DNA from: Patescibacteria group bacterium
Lineage (GTDB): Bacteria > Patescibacteriota > Minisyncoccia > Phycocordibacterales > WO2-35-19
NCBI GenBank assembly: GCA_038058285.1
Contig: JBBUBJ010000006.1
Span: 8,683-45,982, forward strand
Length of the DNA: 37,300 nucleotides
Reading direction: 5' to 3'
The translations under genes were made by a program, and so were the position numbers. Under the pieces are notes generated by a model. It was not told the DNA's origin and did not search any database. It worked only from the letters and a program-made list of their open reading frames with translations. How positions within the stretch are numbered: position 1 is the first letter of the stretch; each line of letters begins with the position of its first letter. Positions 1 to 7,155 of the stretch are shown here, one piece after another.

Positions 1-56
1 ATATTTATATTATACACCTTTACTTTGCATTTTGTGCAACAAAATTGGGGAAAAAA

Positions 57-101
57 CCTCACCCGCACTTTGTGTCGGCCTCTCCTTGATTAAGGAGAGG
101 C
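57..101 (-). repeat. Family D hairpin element (tail CCTCACCC... plus 10-bp stem)
   Basis: Perfect stem GCCTCTCCTT (78-87) / AAGGAGAGGC (92-101) with a GATT loop. It is preceded by CCTCACCCGCAC, which resembles the CTCACCCCCAACCC tail of other family D copies. Confidence 0.5.
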
Positions 102-165
102 AAAAATAAAATTTGACTTTTTTATATTCAATATGGTAATGTGTTTTTGGAAAAGGAGTAAGGCG

Positions 166-375
166 ATGAAAGCGATAAGATTCTTTTTGGCTTTGATGGC
201 AGGTTTTGGGCTACTTCTTGCGTTATTGCGGCTCTGTTATTACATACCCGAGCATCGGGGAACGCCAGAAAGCTTCGTGGCCATTCTTGTTGTTTTTATG
301 GCAACAGTGATTGCCATGATTGGTTGTTTCGTGCTTGCTTTGTGGTGGCACAGGGTTGATTGGCCACCGCATTGA
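166..375 (+). CDS. Small predicted membrane protein (two hydrophobic helices), orphan
   Basis: ORF track 133..375. I prefer the ATG at 166 because AAGGAG (153-158) lies 7 nt upstream. There are two long hydrophobic stretches and a terminator follows directly. Looks G+C-richer than its neighbours by eye. Confidence 0.45.
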   Translation: MKAIRFFLALMAGFGLLLALLRLCYYIPEHRGTPESFVAILVVFMATVIAMIGCFVLALWWHRVDWPPH

Positions 376-384
376 TCTTTGTAG

Positions 385-420
385 AAGGCCGCGCTCACAG
401 GAGCTCGGCCTTTCTCTTTT
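385..420 (+). terminator. Rho-independent terminator after 166..375
   Basis: Stem AAGGCCG (385-391) / CGGCCTT (406-412), followed by TCTCTTTT. Confidence 0.6.
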
Positions 421-424
421 ATAT

Positions 425-1162
425 TTATATTTCCTCATCCAAATCATTTGGTTCAAACCCGACATCCAATGTAGGGCTGAAATCTGGGTTAAAAGATAGC
501 CACTCAAAAACTTCTTTTTTAAATATTTTAGGATTATCAAAATATTCTGGGAAATCTTTTTTTGAAAGAATTTTATTTTGTTCTCTTCCTTTTCCGCAAT
601 AATCTTGATAACTACTCCATTCGTAATTTTCCAAAAACTTTTTTGCTTTTTCAACATCTTTTATTCCGTTTTCTTTCCACTTTGAATCAATAAGTTTAAC
701 TGGATTTAGATGAATATAAGAAAAAATATATTTTGAGTATGGATCGGTGTCTATATAAGAGCTCTTGAAATTTGTTTCAAAAAGTCCGCCAGTACGTTTA
801 TATTTTGTATTAAAATATTTTGAGTATGATATGCAGAGTTTTTTCATAAAAAGACTAACCTGATCTAACCCGACATTGGATGTAGGGCTGGGTGTTAGAG
901 TTGTTAAAATGTGAAAATGATTTGGCATAAGTGCCCAAGCACCGATTGAAACGATTGGCTTTCCTTTATCAAACTCCCAAGCATCTATTTTTCTTTTAAC
1001 AATATCATCTCTAAAATTTATTCGTTTTTTAGAATTGGAAAGATACAACATTTTTACAAAACGACTTCTATCTTGATCATCTAGGAAAATATTTTGTTTG
1101 CTATTTCCCCTGTTATAAAGATGATAGAACTCACCTTCCACAAAATTTTCTTTTCTTTGCAT
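425..1162 (-). CDS. IS200/IS605-family Y1 (HUH) transposase-like protein, RAYT-like (copy 1)
   Basis: Motifs: N-terminal GEFYHLYNRGN, HUH motif MPNHFHIL, C-terminal YIHLNP with Tyr. Paralogous to 36377..37027. Two copies of the family F palindrome sit in-frame inside the ORF. Confidence 0.8.
   Translation of the reverse strand: MQRKENFVEGEFYHLYNRGNSKQNIFLDDQDRSRFVKMLYLSNSKKRINFRDDIVKRKIDAWEFDKGKPIVSIGAWALMPNHFHILTTLTPSPTSNVGLDQVSLFMKKLCISYSKYFNTKYKRTGGLFETNFKSSYIDTDPYSKYIFSYIHLNPVKLIDSKWKENGIKDVEKAKKFLENYEWSSYQDYCGKGREQNKILSKKDFPEYFDNPKIFKKEVFEWLSFNPDFSPTLDVGFEPNDLDEEI
457..478. repeat. Family F palindrome, copy 1 (CCCGACAT-CCA-ATGTAGGG)
   Basis: Imperfect 8-bp arms around a 3-nt loop. It is the exact reverse complement of 1205-1222. 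Read in-frame as ...SPTLDVGFEP... at the transposase C-terminus. Confidence 0.75.
867..890. repeat. Family F palindrome, copy 2 (CCCGACAT-TGG-ATGTAGGG)
   Basis: Same arms as copy 1 but the loop is complemented (TGG versus CCA). Read in-frame as ...SPTSNVGLD..., 6 residues after the HUH motif. Confidence 0.75.
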
Positions 1163-1168
1163 AAATAC

Positions 1169-1177
1169 ATTCTATCA
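1169..1177 (-). promoter_or_regulatory. Extended -10 box TGATAGAAT, 6 nt before ATG 1162 (leaderless start suggested)
   Basis: The minus strand reads TGATAGAAT-GTATTT-ATG. No SD is possible. This is the same geometry as at 36362-36377. Confidence 0.45.
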
Positions 1178-1226
1178 AACATCGGATGTAGGGCAAAGAC
1201 CAATCCTACATTGGATGTCGGGTTTT
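1177..1226. repeat. Family F palindromes, copy 3 (partial copy plus full inverted copy)
   Basis: ACATCGGATGTAGGG (1179-1193), then an 11-nt spacer, then CCTACATTGGATGTCGGG (1205-1222). The two can pair with each other. Located just upstream of the transposase -10 box. Confidence 0.7.
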
Positions 1227-1235
1227 GTTCATTTT

Positions 1236-3026
1236 TTATTCCAAAACTGCTTTAATGCGACGGATGCCGAGGGAGGAGGCTTCTTCTTTTGTTATTTTGA
1301 AATGACCGAGTTCAGAAGTGTTTGAAGCGTGTGGGCCTCCACAAAACTCGGTGCTGAAGCTTCCTATTTTATAAACTTTGACAACATCTCCATATTTAGA
1401 CAAATCAAAAGACAAAGTACCAACCATTTTAATAGCTTCTTCTTTTGGCAGTTCCATCATCTCAACTGGAATATTTTGTTTAATTTTTTCATTTACTAAA
1501 TCTTCTACCGTCTTCAGTTGTTCGGGGGAAAGTTTTTGGCTCCAATTAAAATCAAATCTTAATCTTTCAGTGGTTATATTGCTTCCCTTCTGCATAATCC
1601 CTGCCTCGCTGGCAGGCAGGTCTCCTCCCAATATTTTCCTCAAAGCTGCTAAAAGCAAATGAGTGGCAGTGTGCAATTTTTTATTTTCTTCACCAGCATC
1701 CGAAAGCCCACCTTTGAACATTCCAGCCGAAGCCGTGCGTGAAAGTTCTTGGTGCTTTTTAAATTCCTCATCAAATTCTTCAATTAATCTTTTGCCGAGA
1801 GGCGTGTTTCGCACATCAAATGACGCTCTATTTTTTAAATAATTCTTATTTATTTCAGCGCTCAATTCCTCAAGACACATTTCAAAAGGAAAACCATAAG
1901 TTGTTGATATTACAAACAAATCTTTTCCACTGATTGAAACAATATCAAAAGAATTAATATCAACAGAATATTCTTTTTCATCAGACATAAGAATCATTTC
2001 ACCAAATTTTCCTGATATAAGTTTTTTAAATTCTTTTAATCCAACATCTAAAGTTTTTTCAAATTTTTCTTTTTCTTTTTTTAATTCATCTAAAATTTTT
2101 TCTTTATTTTTTTTCAATTCCGGATAAATATCTTTATAAATGTCAATAACTTTTTCTGCTATCTTAAAATCAGCCCCGTATCTTACCGCTCGGCGAATGA
2201 GGCGTCTCAAAACATAGCCACTGCCAGTATTGGATGGCGTGATTCCTTCGGATAAAATAAAAACAGCTGTTTTTATGTGATCAGCCACAATTCTTATTTT
2301 TTTGTTATCTTCTTTTATTAAATCTTTAAACACATCTGTTTCAAAAACACTTTTTTGTCCGTTCAAAATCATCAGTGTTCTTTCCAAACCCATGCCCGTA
2401 TCAACATTTTTTTGTTTTAACGGCTCGTATTTCCCATCAGCCGTTTTATTGTATTCCATAAAAACATTGTTCCAAATTTCAACACCATCAACAAAAATTT
2501 CCGTATCCGGACCGCAAGGGCCCGTTTCTCCTCCTTGTTCCCACCAATTATCTTCTCTGCCTAAAAATTTTATTTTATTTTTTGGAATACCCAAGGACTC
2601 CCAAATTTGCGCCGACTCGTTATCTTTTGAAATGTTATTTTTGCTATCACCCTCAAAACAAGTTATAGAAATTCTTTCAACCGGAATCCCAAGTTCCTTT
2701 ATCAGAAATTCGAAACTCCAACTAATAGATTCTTTTTTCCAGTAATCACCTAAAGACCAGTTGCCGAGCATTTCAAAAAAAGTTAAATGAGTATTATCCC
2801 CCACTTCGTCTATGTCTTTCGTTCTTATGCACTTCTGCACATTTACCAGTCTATTCCCCGAAGGATGTTTTTGGCCAAGTAAATAAGGGACAAGCGGATG
2901 CATGCCGGCCGTAGTAAAAAGCACTGAAGGGTCGTTTTCGGGAATAAGAGAAGCGCTGGGAATTATGGCATGCACTTTGCTCTTAAAAAAATCCAAATAT
3001 TTTTTTCTTAATTCCTGTGAGGTCAT
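1236..3026 (-). CDS. alaS: Alanine--tRNA ligase, short form without the C-Ala domain
   Basis: N-terminus LRKKYLDFFKSKVHAIIPSASLIP...FTTAGM. Editing-domain motifs HTATHLL and CGGPH. The protein ends right after the editing domain. I prefer the ATG at 3026 over the TTG at 3047 in the ORF track. Confidence 0.9.
   Translation of the reverse strand: MTSQELRKKYLDFFKSKVHAIIPSASLIPENDPSVLFTTAGMHPLVPYLLGQKHPSGNRLVNVQKCIRTKDIDEVGDNTHLTFFEMLGNWSLGDYWKKESISWSFEFLIKELGIPVERISITCFEGDSKNNISKDNESAQIWESLGIPKNKIKFLGREDNWWEQGGETGPCGPDTEIFVDGVEIWNNVFMEYNKTADGKYEPLKQKNVDTGMGLERTLMILNGQKSVFETDVFKDLIKEDNKKIRIVADHIKTAVFILSEGITPSNTGSGYVLRRLIRRAVRYGADFKIAEKVIDIYKDIYPELKKNKEKILDELKKEKEKFEKTLDVGLKEFKKLISGKFGEMILMSDEKEYSVDINSFDIVSISGKDLFVISTTYGFPFEMCLEELSAEINKNYLKNRASFDVRNTPLGKRLIEEFDEEFKKHQELSRTASAGMFKGGLSDAGEENKKLHTATHLLLAALRKILGGDLPASEAGIMQKGSNITTERLRFDFNWSQKLSPEQLKTVEDLVNEKIKQNIPVEMMELPKEEAIKMVGTLSFDLSKYGDVVKVYKIGSFSTEFCGGPHASNTSELGHFKITKEEASSLGIRRIKAVLE
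1599..1620. repeat. Short GC-rich hairpin embedded in alaS
   Basis: CCTGCC (1600-1605) / GGCAGG (1611-1616) around TCGCT. Encodes LPASEAG between the conserved LG and QKGS of the editing domain. The CCTCGCT string is shared with the family D copy in leuS. Confidence 0.35.
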
Positions 3027-3088
3027 ATTACATATAATAATACTCAAATTTTGACTTATTTCAAATAATCAATTATTCTTTACCCCAT

Positions 3089-4357
3089 ATGAACTACAAA
3101 AAAAAGGTCTTAAAAAATGGGTTGAGGATTATAGCTGTGCCTATTAAAAATGCACCGTCGGTGACAGTGATGTCTTTGATTGAGGCGGGATCAAAATACG
3201 AAAATAAGCAAAACAACGGCATCTCGCATTTTTTGGAGCACATGTGTTTTAAGGGCACAAAGAAGAGGCCTAAAGCCATTGATATTTCAAGAGAATTTGA
3301 TTCCATGGGCGCTCAGCATAATGCCTTTACTGGTCAGGAAGTAACTGGTTATTGGGCCAAAGCGCACAAAAAACATACAGATAAAATGCTAGATATTATT
3401 GCCGATATGTATTTGAACCCCACTTTTCCAGCTGGAGATTTGGAAACAGAAAAAGGGGTAATAGTAGAAGAAATAAATATGTATGAAGATTTGCCTCAGA
3501 GACTAGTGCAAGAAGTTTTTAATGAACTCTTGTATGGTAATCAACCAGCTGGTTGGAGTATCGCCGGCACTAAAGAAAATGTGCGGGGATTTAAACGGGA
3601 TGATTTTGTAAATTATAGAAAACAGCATTATGTTTCTTTTGCTACTACTATTGTTATTGCCGGAGATGTTGATCCTAAGAGTATTTTTAAAAAAGTAGAA
3701 AGATTTTTTGCTGGTATGCCGGTTAGCAAAAAAAATGGAAAGAAAAAAGTTATAGAAAAACAAAACGTGCCGGCAGTTAAGTTGCGATTTAAAGAAACAG
3801 ATCAAACACATCTGGTAATAGGTGTCAGAGCTTTTAATCTTTATGACAAAAAAGCACCAGCTTTAAGATTGCTTTCAACCGTGCTTGGCAATGGTATGAG
3901 CTCTCGTCTTTTCCAGAAGATGAGAGAAGAATTGGGCATCTGCTACTATGTCAGGTCTACCGTTGATGATTTGACTGACCATGGTATTCTGTCAATTTCA
4001 GCTGGAGTTGATTCAAATAGGGTTGAACAGGGTATAAATGGAATTTTGGATGAAATGAAAAAAATCAGAGATGAAAAAATTCCAGAATCCGAATTGCGCA
4101 AAGCCAAAGATTATGTTATAGGTTGTATGTATCTGGGTTTAGAATCCTCCGACTCTCTGGCAAATTTTTATGGTTCTCAAGAAATTTTTAAAGAAAAAAT
4201 AAAGACGCCTAAAGATATTGAAAAAGAAATTGAAAAAATCACCGCCTCCGATATCGGCAAAGTTGCCAAAGAAATAATCACCAACAAAAAACTCAATATG
4301 GCCATTGTCGGCAAATATAAAGACGAGGAGCGATTCAAAAAGATTCTAAAACTTTAA
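3089..4357 (+). CDS. M16 family zinc peptidase (insulinase/pitrilysin-like)
   Basis: HxxEH zinc motif (HFLEH) near the N-terminus. The roughly 420 aa two-lobe length is typical. Confidence 0.85.
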   Translation: MNYKKKVLKNGLRIIAVPIKNAPSVTVMSLIEAGSKYENKQNNGISHFLEHMCFKGTKKRPKAIDISREFDSMGAQHNAFTGQEVTGYWAKAHKKHTDKMLDIIADMYLNPTFPAGDLETEKGVIVEEINMYEDLPQRLVQEVFNELLYGNQPAGWSIAGTKENVRGFKRDDFVNYRKQHYVSFATTIVIAGDVDPKSIFKKVERFFAGMPVSKKNGKKKVIEKQNVPAVKLRFKETDQTHLVIGVRAFNLYDKKAPALRLLSTVLGNGMSSRLFQKMREELGICYYVRSTVDDLTDHGILSISAGVDSNRVEQGINGILDEMKKIRDEKIPESELRKAKDYVIGCMYLGLESSDSLANFYGSQEIFKEKIKTPKDIEKEIEKITASDIGKVAKEIITNKKLNMAIVGKYKDEERFKKILKL

Positions 4358-4928
4358 AATCTTTTTTGAGAATATCCAAAGTGTGGGAGTTGTAGACGGC
4401 GACGCAGGGGTGATAAAGAGGAACGACTTTAATGTCACCGTAGCTTGTGGTGGTGTCAAAAGTTCTGCCGTGATTTTTGCTTATGGGTTCAAGTTCAAAT
4501 TCTAAACCAAACTTGGGCATTATGTAATACATAGAATATCTACCAAGAGTAGCAATTATTTTTGGTTGTATAATTTCAATCTGTCTGTCCAAAAAAGGCC
4601 CATAAATTTCTATTTCTTCCGGTAATGGATCGCGATTTGCCGGTGGTCTGTCTTTAACTATATTAGTCACATAAACTTCTTCTCTTTTTATGCCAACAGA
4701 ATTCAAAAGTTCATTTAAAATATCTCCGGCTCGGCCACAGAAAGGCCTTCCTGTTCTTGCCTCGTTTCTACCCGGCGCCTCGCCTATAAACATTATTTTG
4801 GCACTATGACTTCCCTCGCCTATTACCGGCAAATTTTTATTTTGTATCCTAAATTCATAAAGTGGCGATTTTTTTAACATCACCACTTCATCTTTTATTT
4901 TCCTCATCAATTCTTTTCGTTCTTCCAT
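4335..4928 (-). CDS. Uracil-DNA glycosylase, family 4
   Basis: Motif A is GEAPGRNE with RPFCGRAG. Motif B is the HP in PLYHPC. Length is about 197 aa. Confidence 0.85.
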   Translation of the reverse strand: MEERKELMRKIKDEVVMLKKSPLYEFRIQNKNLPVIGEGSHSAKIMFIGEAPGRNEARTGRPFCGRAGDILNELLNSVGIKREEVYVTNIVKDRPPANRDPLPEEIEIYGPFLDRQIEIIQPKIIATLGRYSMYYIMPKFGLEFELEPISKNHGRTFDTTTSYGDIKVVPLYHPCVAVYNSHTLDILKKDFKVLESF

Positions 4929-4950
4929 TTTTAAATAATATCATACTCGA

Positions 4951-5004
4951 CCCCACCCCGTCCCGCTAAAGCGGGACCGCCCCTCACCTTGCGAAGGTGA
5001 GGGG
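4951..5004 (-). repeat. Family D composite: CCCCACCCC tail, GTCCCGC-TAAA-GCGGGAC hairpin, CCCCTCACCTT-GCG-AAGGTGAGGGG hairpin
   Basis: Two perfect hairpins at 4960-4977 and 4980-5004. The first shares the GCTAAAGC/GCTTTAGC core with family C. Confidence 0.6.
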
Positions 5005-5034
5005 AAAAACCAAAATTTCAAAATTAACCAAAAA

Positions 5035-5048
5035 TTCACGATCGTGAA
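5035..5048. promoter_or_regulatory. Perfect 14-nt palindrome TTCACGATCGTGAA (candidate operator) upstream of the 5111 unit
   Basis: Perfect dyad located 14 nt upstream of the TTGCTT -35 box. Confidence 0.3.
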
Positions 5049-5061
5049 AATCTGGTCAGTA

Positions 5062-5089
5062 TTGCTTTTATTTTGAATATGGTTATACT
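5062..5089 (+). promoter_or_regulatory. Sigma70-like promoter TTGCTT-N16-TATACT
   Basis: -35 at 5062-5067 and -10 at 5084-5089. GGAGGTG (5097-5103) and ATG 5111 follow. Confidence 0.45.
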
Positions 5090-5110
5090 GAAAAATGGAG
5101 GTGTTCCAGT

Positions 5111-5482
5111 ATGCTTACTCGAGCTGCTATGAATCGCAGTTTAGGATTACCGCGTGCCCCTGGATCTTGTTTCGGAGTTTCCGATCCAAGATATTTACGG
5201 CCCAACTTCAACAGAAGTCCGCTTCCGTTGCCACAAGCGACCAACAAAAACAAGGCCACGATTACCACCAGATTTTATATTCTGGAATGGTGGAAGAAAA
5301 ACTTCGAGCCAGAACACAGGTCTTTTAGGGCCAAAAACAATGGCCTGGCTGTCATCAAAGCGATGCGCATTCTCGGCATCAAAGGGAAATTGACTGGTCA
5401 CAAGCTCCGCAAAGCCGGAGCGAGCAGAGTTTCTCTCCTCAGCTTTAGCGATGGGGAGATTTTCCCGGGACCCAAGCAGTGA
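5111..5482 (+). CDS. Hypothetical basic protein (orphan); coding status uncertain
   Basis: GGAGGTG lies 7 nt before the ATG, a promoter lies upstream and a terminator downstream. However, the G+C-rich stretch is open in several frames on both strands and the N-terminal half is low-complexity (R/P/S/L-rich). Confidence 0.35.
   Translation: MLTRAAMNRSLGLPRAPGSCFGVSDPRYLRPNFNRSPLPLPQATNKNKATITTRFYILEWWKKNFEPEHRSFRAKNNGLAVIKAMRILGIKGKLTGHKLRKAGASRVSLLSFSDGEIFPGPKQ
5434..5459 (+). repeat. Family C hairpin (stem TCTCC/GGAGA around AGCTTTAGCGA)
   Basis: TCTCCTC-AGCTTTAGCGA-TGGGGAGA. Same loop as 7349-7374 and 12463-12490 but with a different stem. Confidence 0.5.
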
Positions 5483-5501
5483 TCATTTGGTTGGAATAAT
5501 G

Positions 5502-5536
5502 GCGGGCAGGATTCATTCTTGTCCGCTTTGTTTTTT
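5502..5536 (+). terminator. Rho-independent terminator after 5111..5482
   Basis: Stem GCGGGCAGG / CTTGTCCGC (two G-U pairs), followed by TTTGTTTTTT. Confidence 0.6.
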
Positions 5537-6314
5537 ATTTTTCTCCCTTCCCCTTCGCAAGGGGAAGGGTTGGGGGTGAGGTCGTTTTGTTATTTACCGA
5601 ATTTATATACGCGCAATACTCGCAATTAGGGCTTGCTTTTGGAATTTCGTCGTTGTCCAAACATTTTTTCATATCTATCAAAGTTTTTTCTATCCAGTCG
5701 TCTTTGCCTGTGTAAGGAATAATTTTTATATCAAATTCAAGTTTGCCGTCAAAAGCTTCGCGGTCGCGCTTGCCATTTGCATAAACAAAATAACCGGTAT
5801 CAGAAACATTCAAATCATTATGTCGCAAAAGCCACTGATAAACTTCCATCTGTCTTTTGTAACCGTCTTGCCACTCGGCGTCCAAATTTACTTCTTCGTC
5901 TTTGCTTGTGGCTTTATAATCAACCACCATAAGCTGACCGTCTGGACTTTGCCAAATATCATCAACCGCTCCAAAAACTACAAAATTAGTTGGCTCATGA
6001 AATGTCTCAACACCAACAAAATTTTCTCGCCACTTTTCCATACGCGGATCTTGAAAAGGCACGGCGTCTATCCCGTAAGATTCCATAAGCGGGTGCGGGG
6101 TTTTTTGTTTTCGATGAATATCAAATTCTTTTTTGAGAAGCGTATCAACCGCGCTATTTAAGTTAAAAGGAAATCCCTGTGGTCGTGAGACACCAATTCG
6201 CCTGTCCAAATAAAAACATCGCGGACACTCCACAAACAGGTCAATTTTACTTCGGCTCACTTTGAAAAATTCCTTTGCCTTTGGGTCGTATAATTTTTTT
6301 CTATAAAATGCCAT
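5535..6314 (-). CDS. PD-(D/E)XK nuclease, Cas4/RecB-like with terminal Cys pairs
   Basis: N-terminal CPRC, core VVDYK (D-x-K), C-terminal CEYC. The last 15 codons and the stop lie inside a family D repeat. Confidence 0.7.
   Translation of the reverse strand: MAFYRKKLYDPKAKEFFKVSRSKIDLFVECPRCFYLDRRIGVSRPQGFPFNLNSAVDTLLKKEFDIHRKQKTPHPLMESYGIDAVPFQDPRMEKWRENFVGVETFHEPTNFVVFGAVDDIWQSPDGQLMVVDYKATSKDEEVNLDAEWQDGYKRQMEVYQWLLRHNDLNVSDTGYFVYANGKRDREAFDGKLEFDIKIIPYTGKDDWIEKTLIDMKKCLDNDEIPKASPNCEYCAYINSVNNKTTSPPTLPLAKGKGEK
5545..5581 (+). repeat. Family D hairpin + tail (CCCTTCCCCTT-CGC-AAGGGGAAGGG + TTGGGGGTGAGG)
   Basis: Perfect 11-bp stem at 5545-5555 / 5559-5569. The tail matches 12783-12792 and 29854-29865. 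Confidence 0.75.
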
Positions 6315-6327
6315 TAGAATAATTAGG

Positions 6328-7155
6328 TTAATTAGAAATTAGTTTTATCTCTGCAATCATTTTATCAATCTTATCTTTACTTAAACCTGCCTGAACTAAT
6401 ATATCAGGATTATCAAGTGCTTGTTTGCAGAGGACAATACCAGCCTGCATCAAAAGTTTTTCATCGCTTGGGGTGCTTGAGTTGAGACAAGTGATAGGAT
6501 GCAAATGAGCCTCTTCAATCAAATCTTGCAAATTACCATGTTCCGGATAATTCCAGCCGACCAATTTCATATTTTGGCATTTAGCATATTTAATAGCTGA
6601 TTCAGAAAATTTAGTGTTTGTAATGAGCCATCCTTCGTCAAGCTTGTGCTGGTGGTTGCCAAAATCAAATGCAGTGTTAGCCAAATCATCCCATCTGGCT
6701 TTTATATAAAGAGCAATTTTAAGGTCTGATTTGATGCCGAGCTCGTTATGAAATTTAGCTTCAACAAAAATTAATTTTTGTTCGTTCCATGCGACAATGT
6801 CTATTTCATGTTCGGCGCATTCACCTTTGGCAATAAAATCAGTTGTGGTCTCAAAACCTTTGGCTCTAAAAATTTCAGCCACAAATTGTTCAAAAGGAAA
6901 ACCTGTTGGTCCCATTTCCATTACCGCTCGGCGAAGCGAATATCTAGCTGTCGCCGGGCTTTCCTCTTTTTTCAAAAGTTCAAAAGCATGATTATAAATA
7001 TCTTTAGTACTAGCATTATCTTTAAGTTCTCTTTCTATTTGATCTACTATGTTATCAACCGCTTCTGTGCTAGCTCCTGCCCGTGTTAAAGAATCCCGCA
7101 ACTTCTGCGCATTAAATTCTTCTCTTTCTCCCGTTGCTTTAATTATGTATTTCAT
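6328..7155 (-). CDS. ATP-cone domain fused to an Mrr-like restriction endonuclease domain
   Basis: N-terminus KATGEREEFNAQKLRDSL...IERELKD (ATP-cone pattern). Then FEQFVAEIFRAKGFE...HEIDIVAW...FVEAKFH (D...E-x-K REase core). Its ATG at 7155 overlaps the mnmA TGA stop (ATGA). Confidence 0.65.
   Translation of the reverse strand: MKYIIKATGEREEFNAQKLRDSLTRAGASTEAVDNIVDQIERELKDNASTKDIYNHAFELLKKEESPATARYSLRRAVMEMGPTGFPFEQFVAEIFRAKGFETTTDFIAKGECAEHEIDIVAWNEQKLIFVEAKFHNELGIKSDLKIALYIKARWDDLANTAFDFGNHQHKLDEGWLITNTKFSESAIKYAKCQNMKLVGWNYPEHGNLQDLIEEAHLHPITCLNSSTPSDEKLLMQAGIVLCKQALDNPDILVQAGLSKDKIDKMIAEIKLISN

Larger units (their letters stand above)
457..1226 (-). mobile_element. IS200/IS605-like unit: Y1 transposase-like gene bounded by family F palindromes
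   Basis: Family F palindromes lie upstream of the start (1177-1226) and within the last codons (457-478), with a third copy inside (867-890). The total size of about 770 bp is typical for IS200-like elements. Confidence 0.5.

Noticed and set aside
1378-2745. Plus-strand ORFs (1378..1662, 2302..2745) inside alaS
   Set aside because: They lie antisense to a confidently identified gene, and their low-complexity Ser/Phe/Ile-rich translations are typical of shadow ORFs in AT-rich DNA. The same reasoning applies to the shadow ORFs inside the peptidase, mnmA, leuS, typA, dnaX, pgi and the ROK kinase.
5050-5530. G+C-rich stretch as RNase P RNA, tmRNA, SRP RNA or 6S RNA
   Set aside because: I found no GAGGAAAGTCCGGGC / GGTAAGAGCGCACC-type RNase P motifs, no tRNA-like tmRNA ends (GGGG...TTCGA...CCACCA), and no SRP domain IV GGAA/AGCAG motif. 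The region does have an SD, an ATG and a terminator that fit a CDS. It is kept as an uncertain CDS.
7152-7155. Possible alternative genetic code (UGA recoding, as in some CPR lineages)
   Set aside because: TGA works as a normal stop here. For example, mnmA ends at a TGA that overlaps the next ATG. All recognised genes are full length under the standard code.
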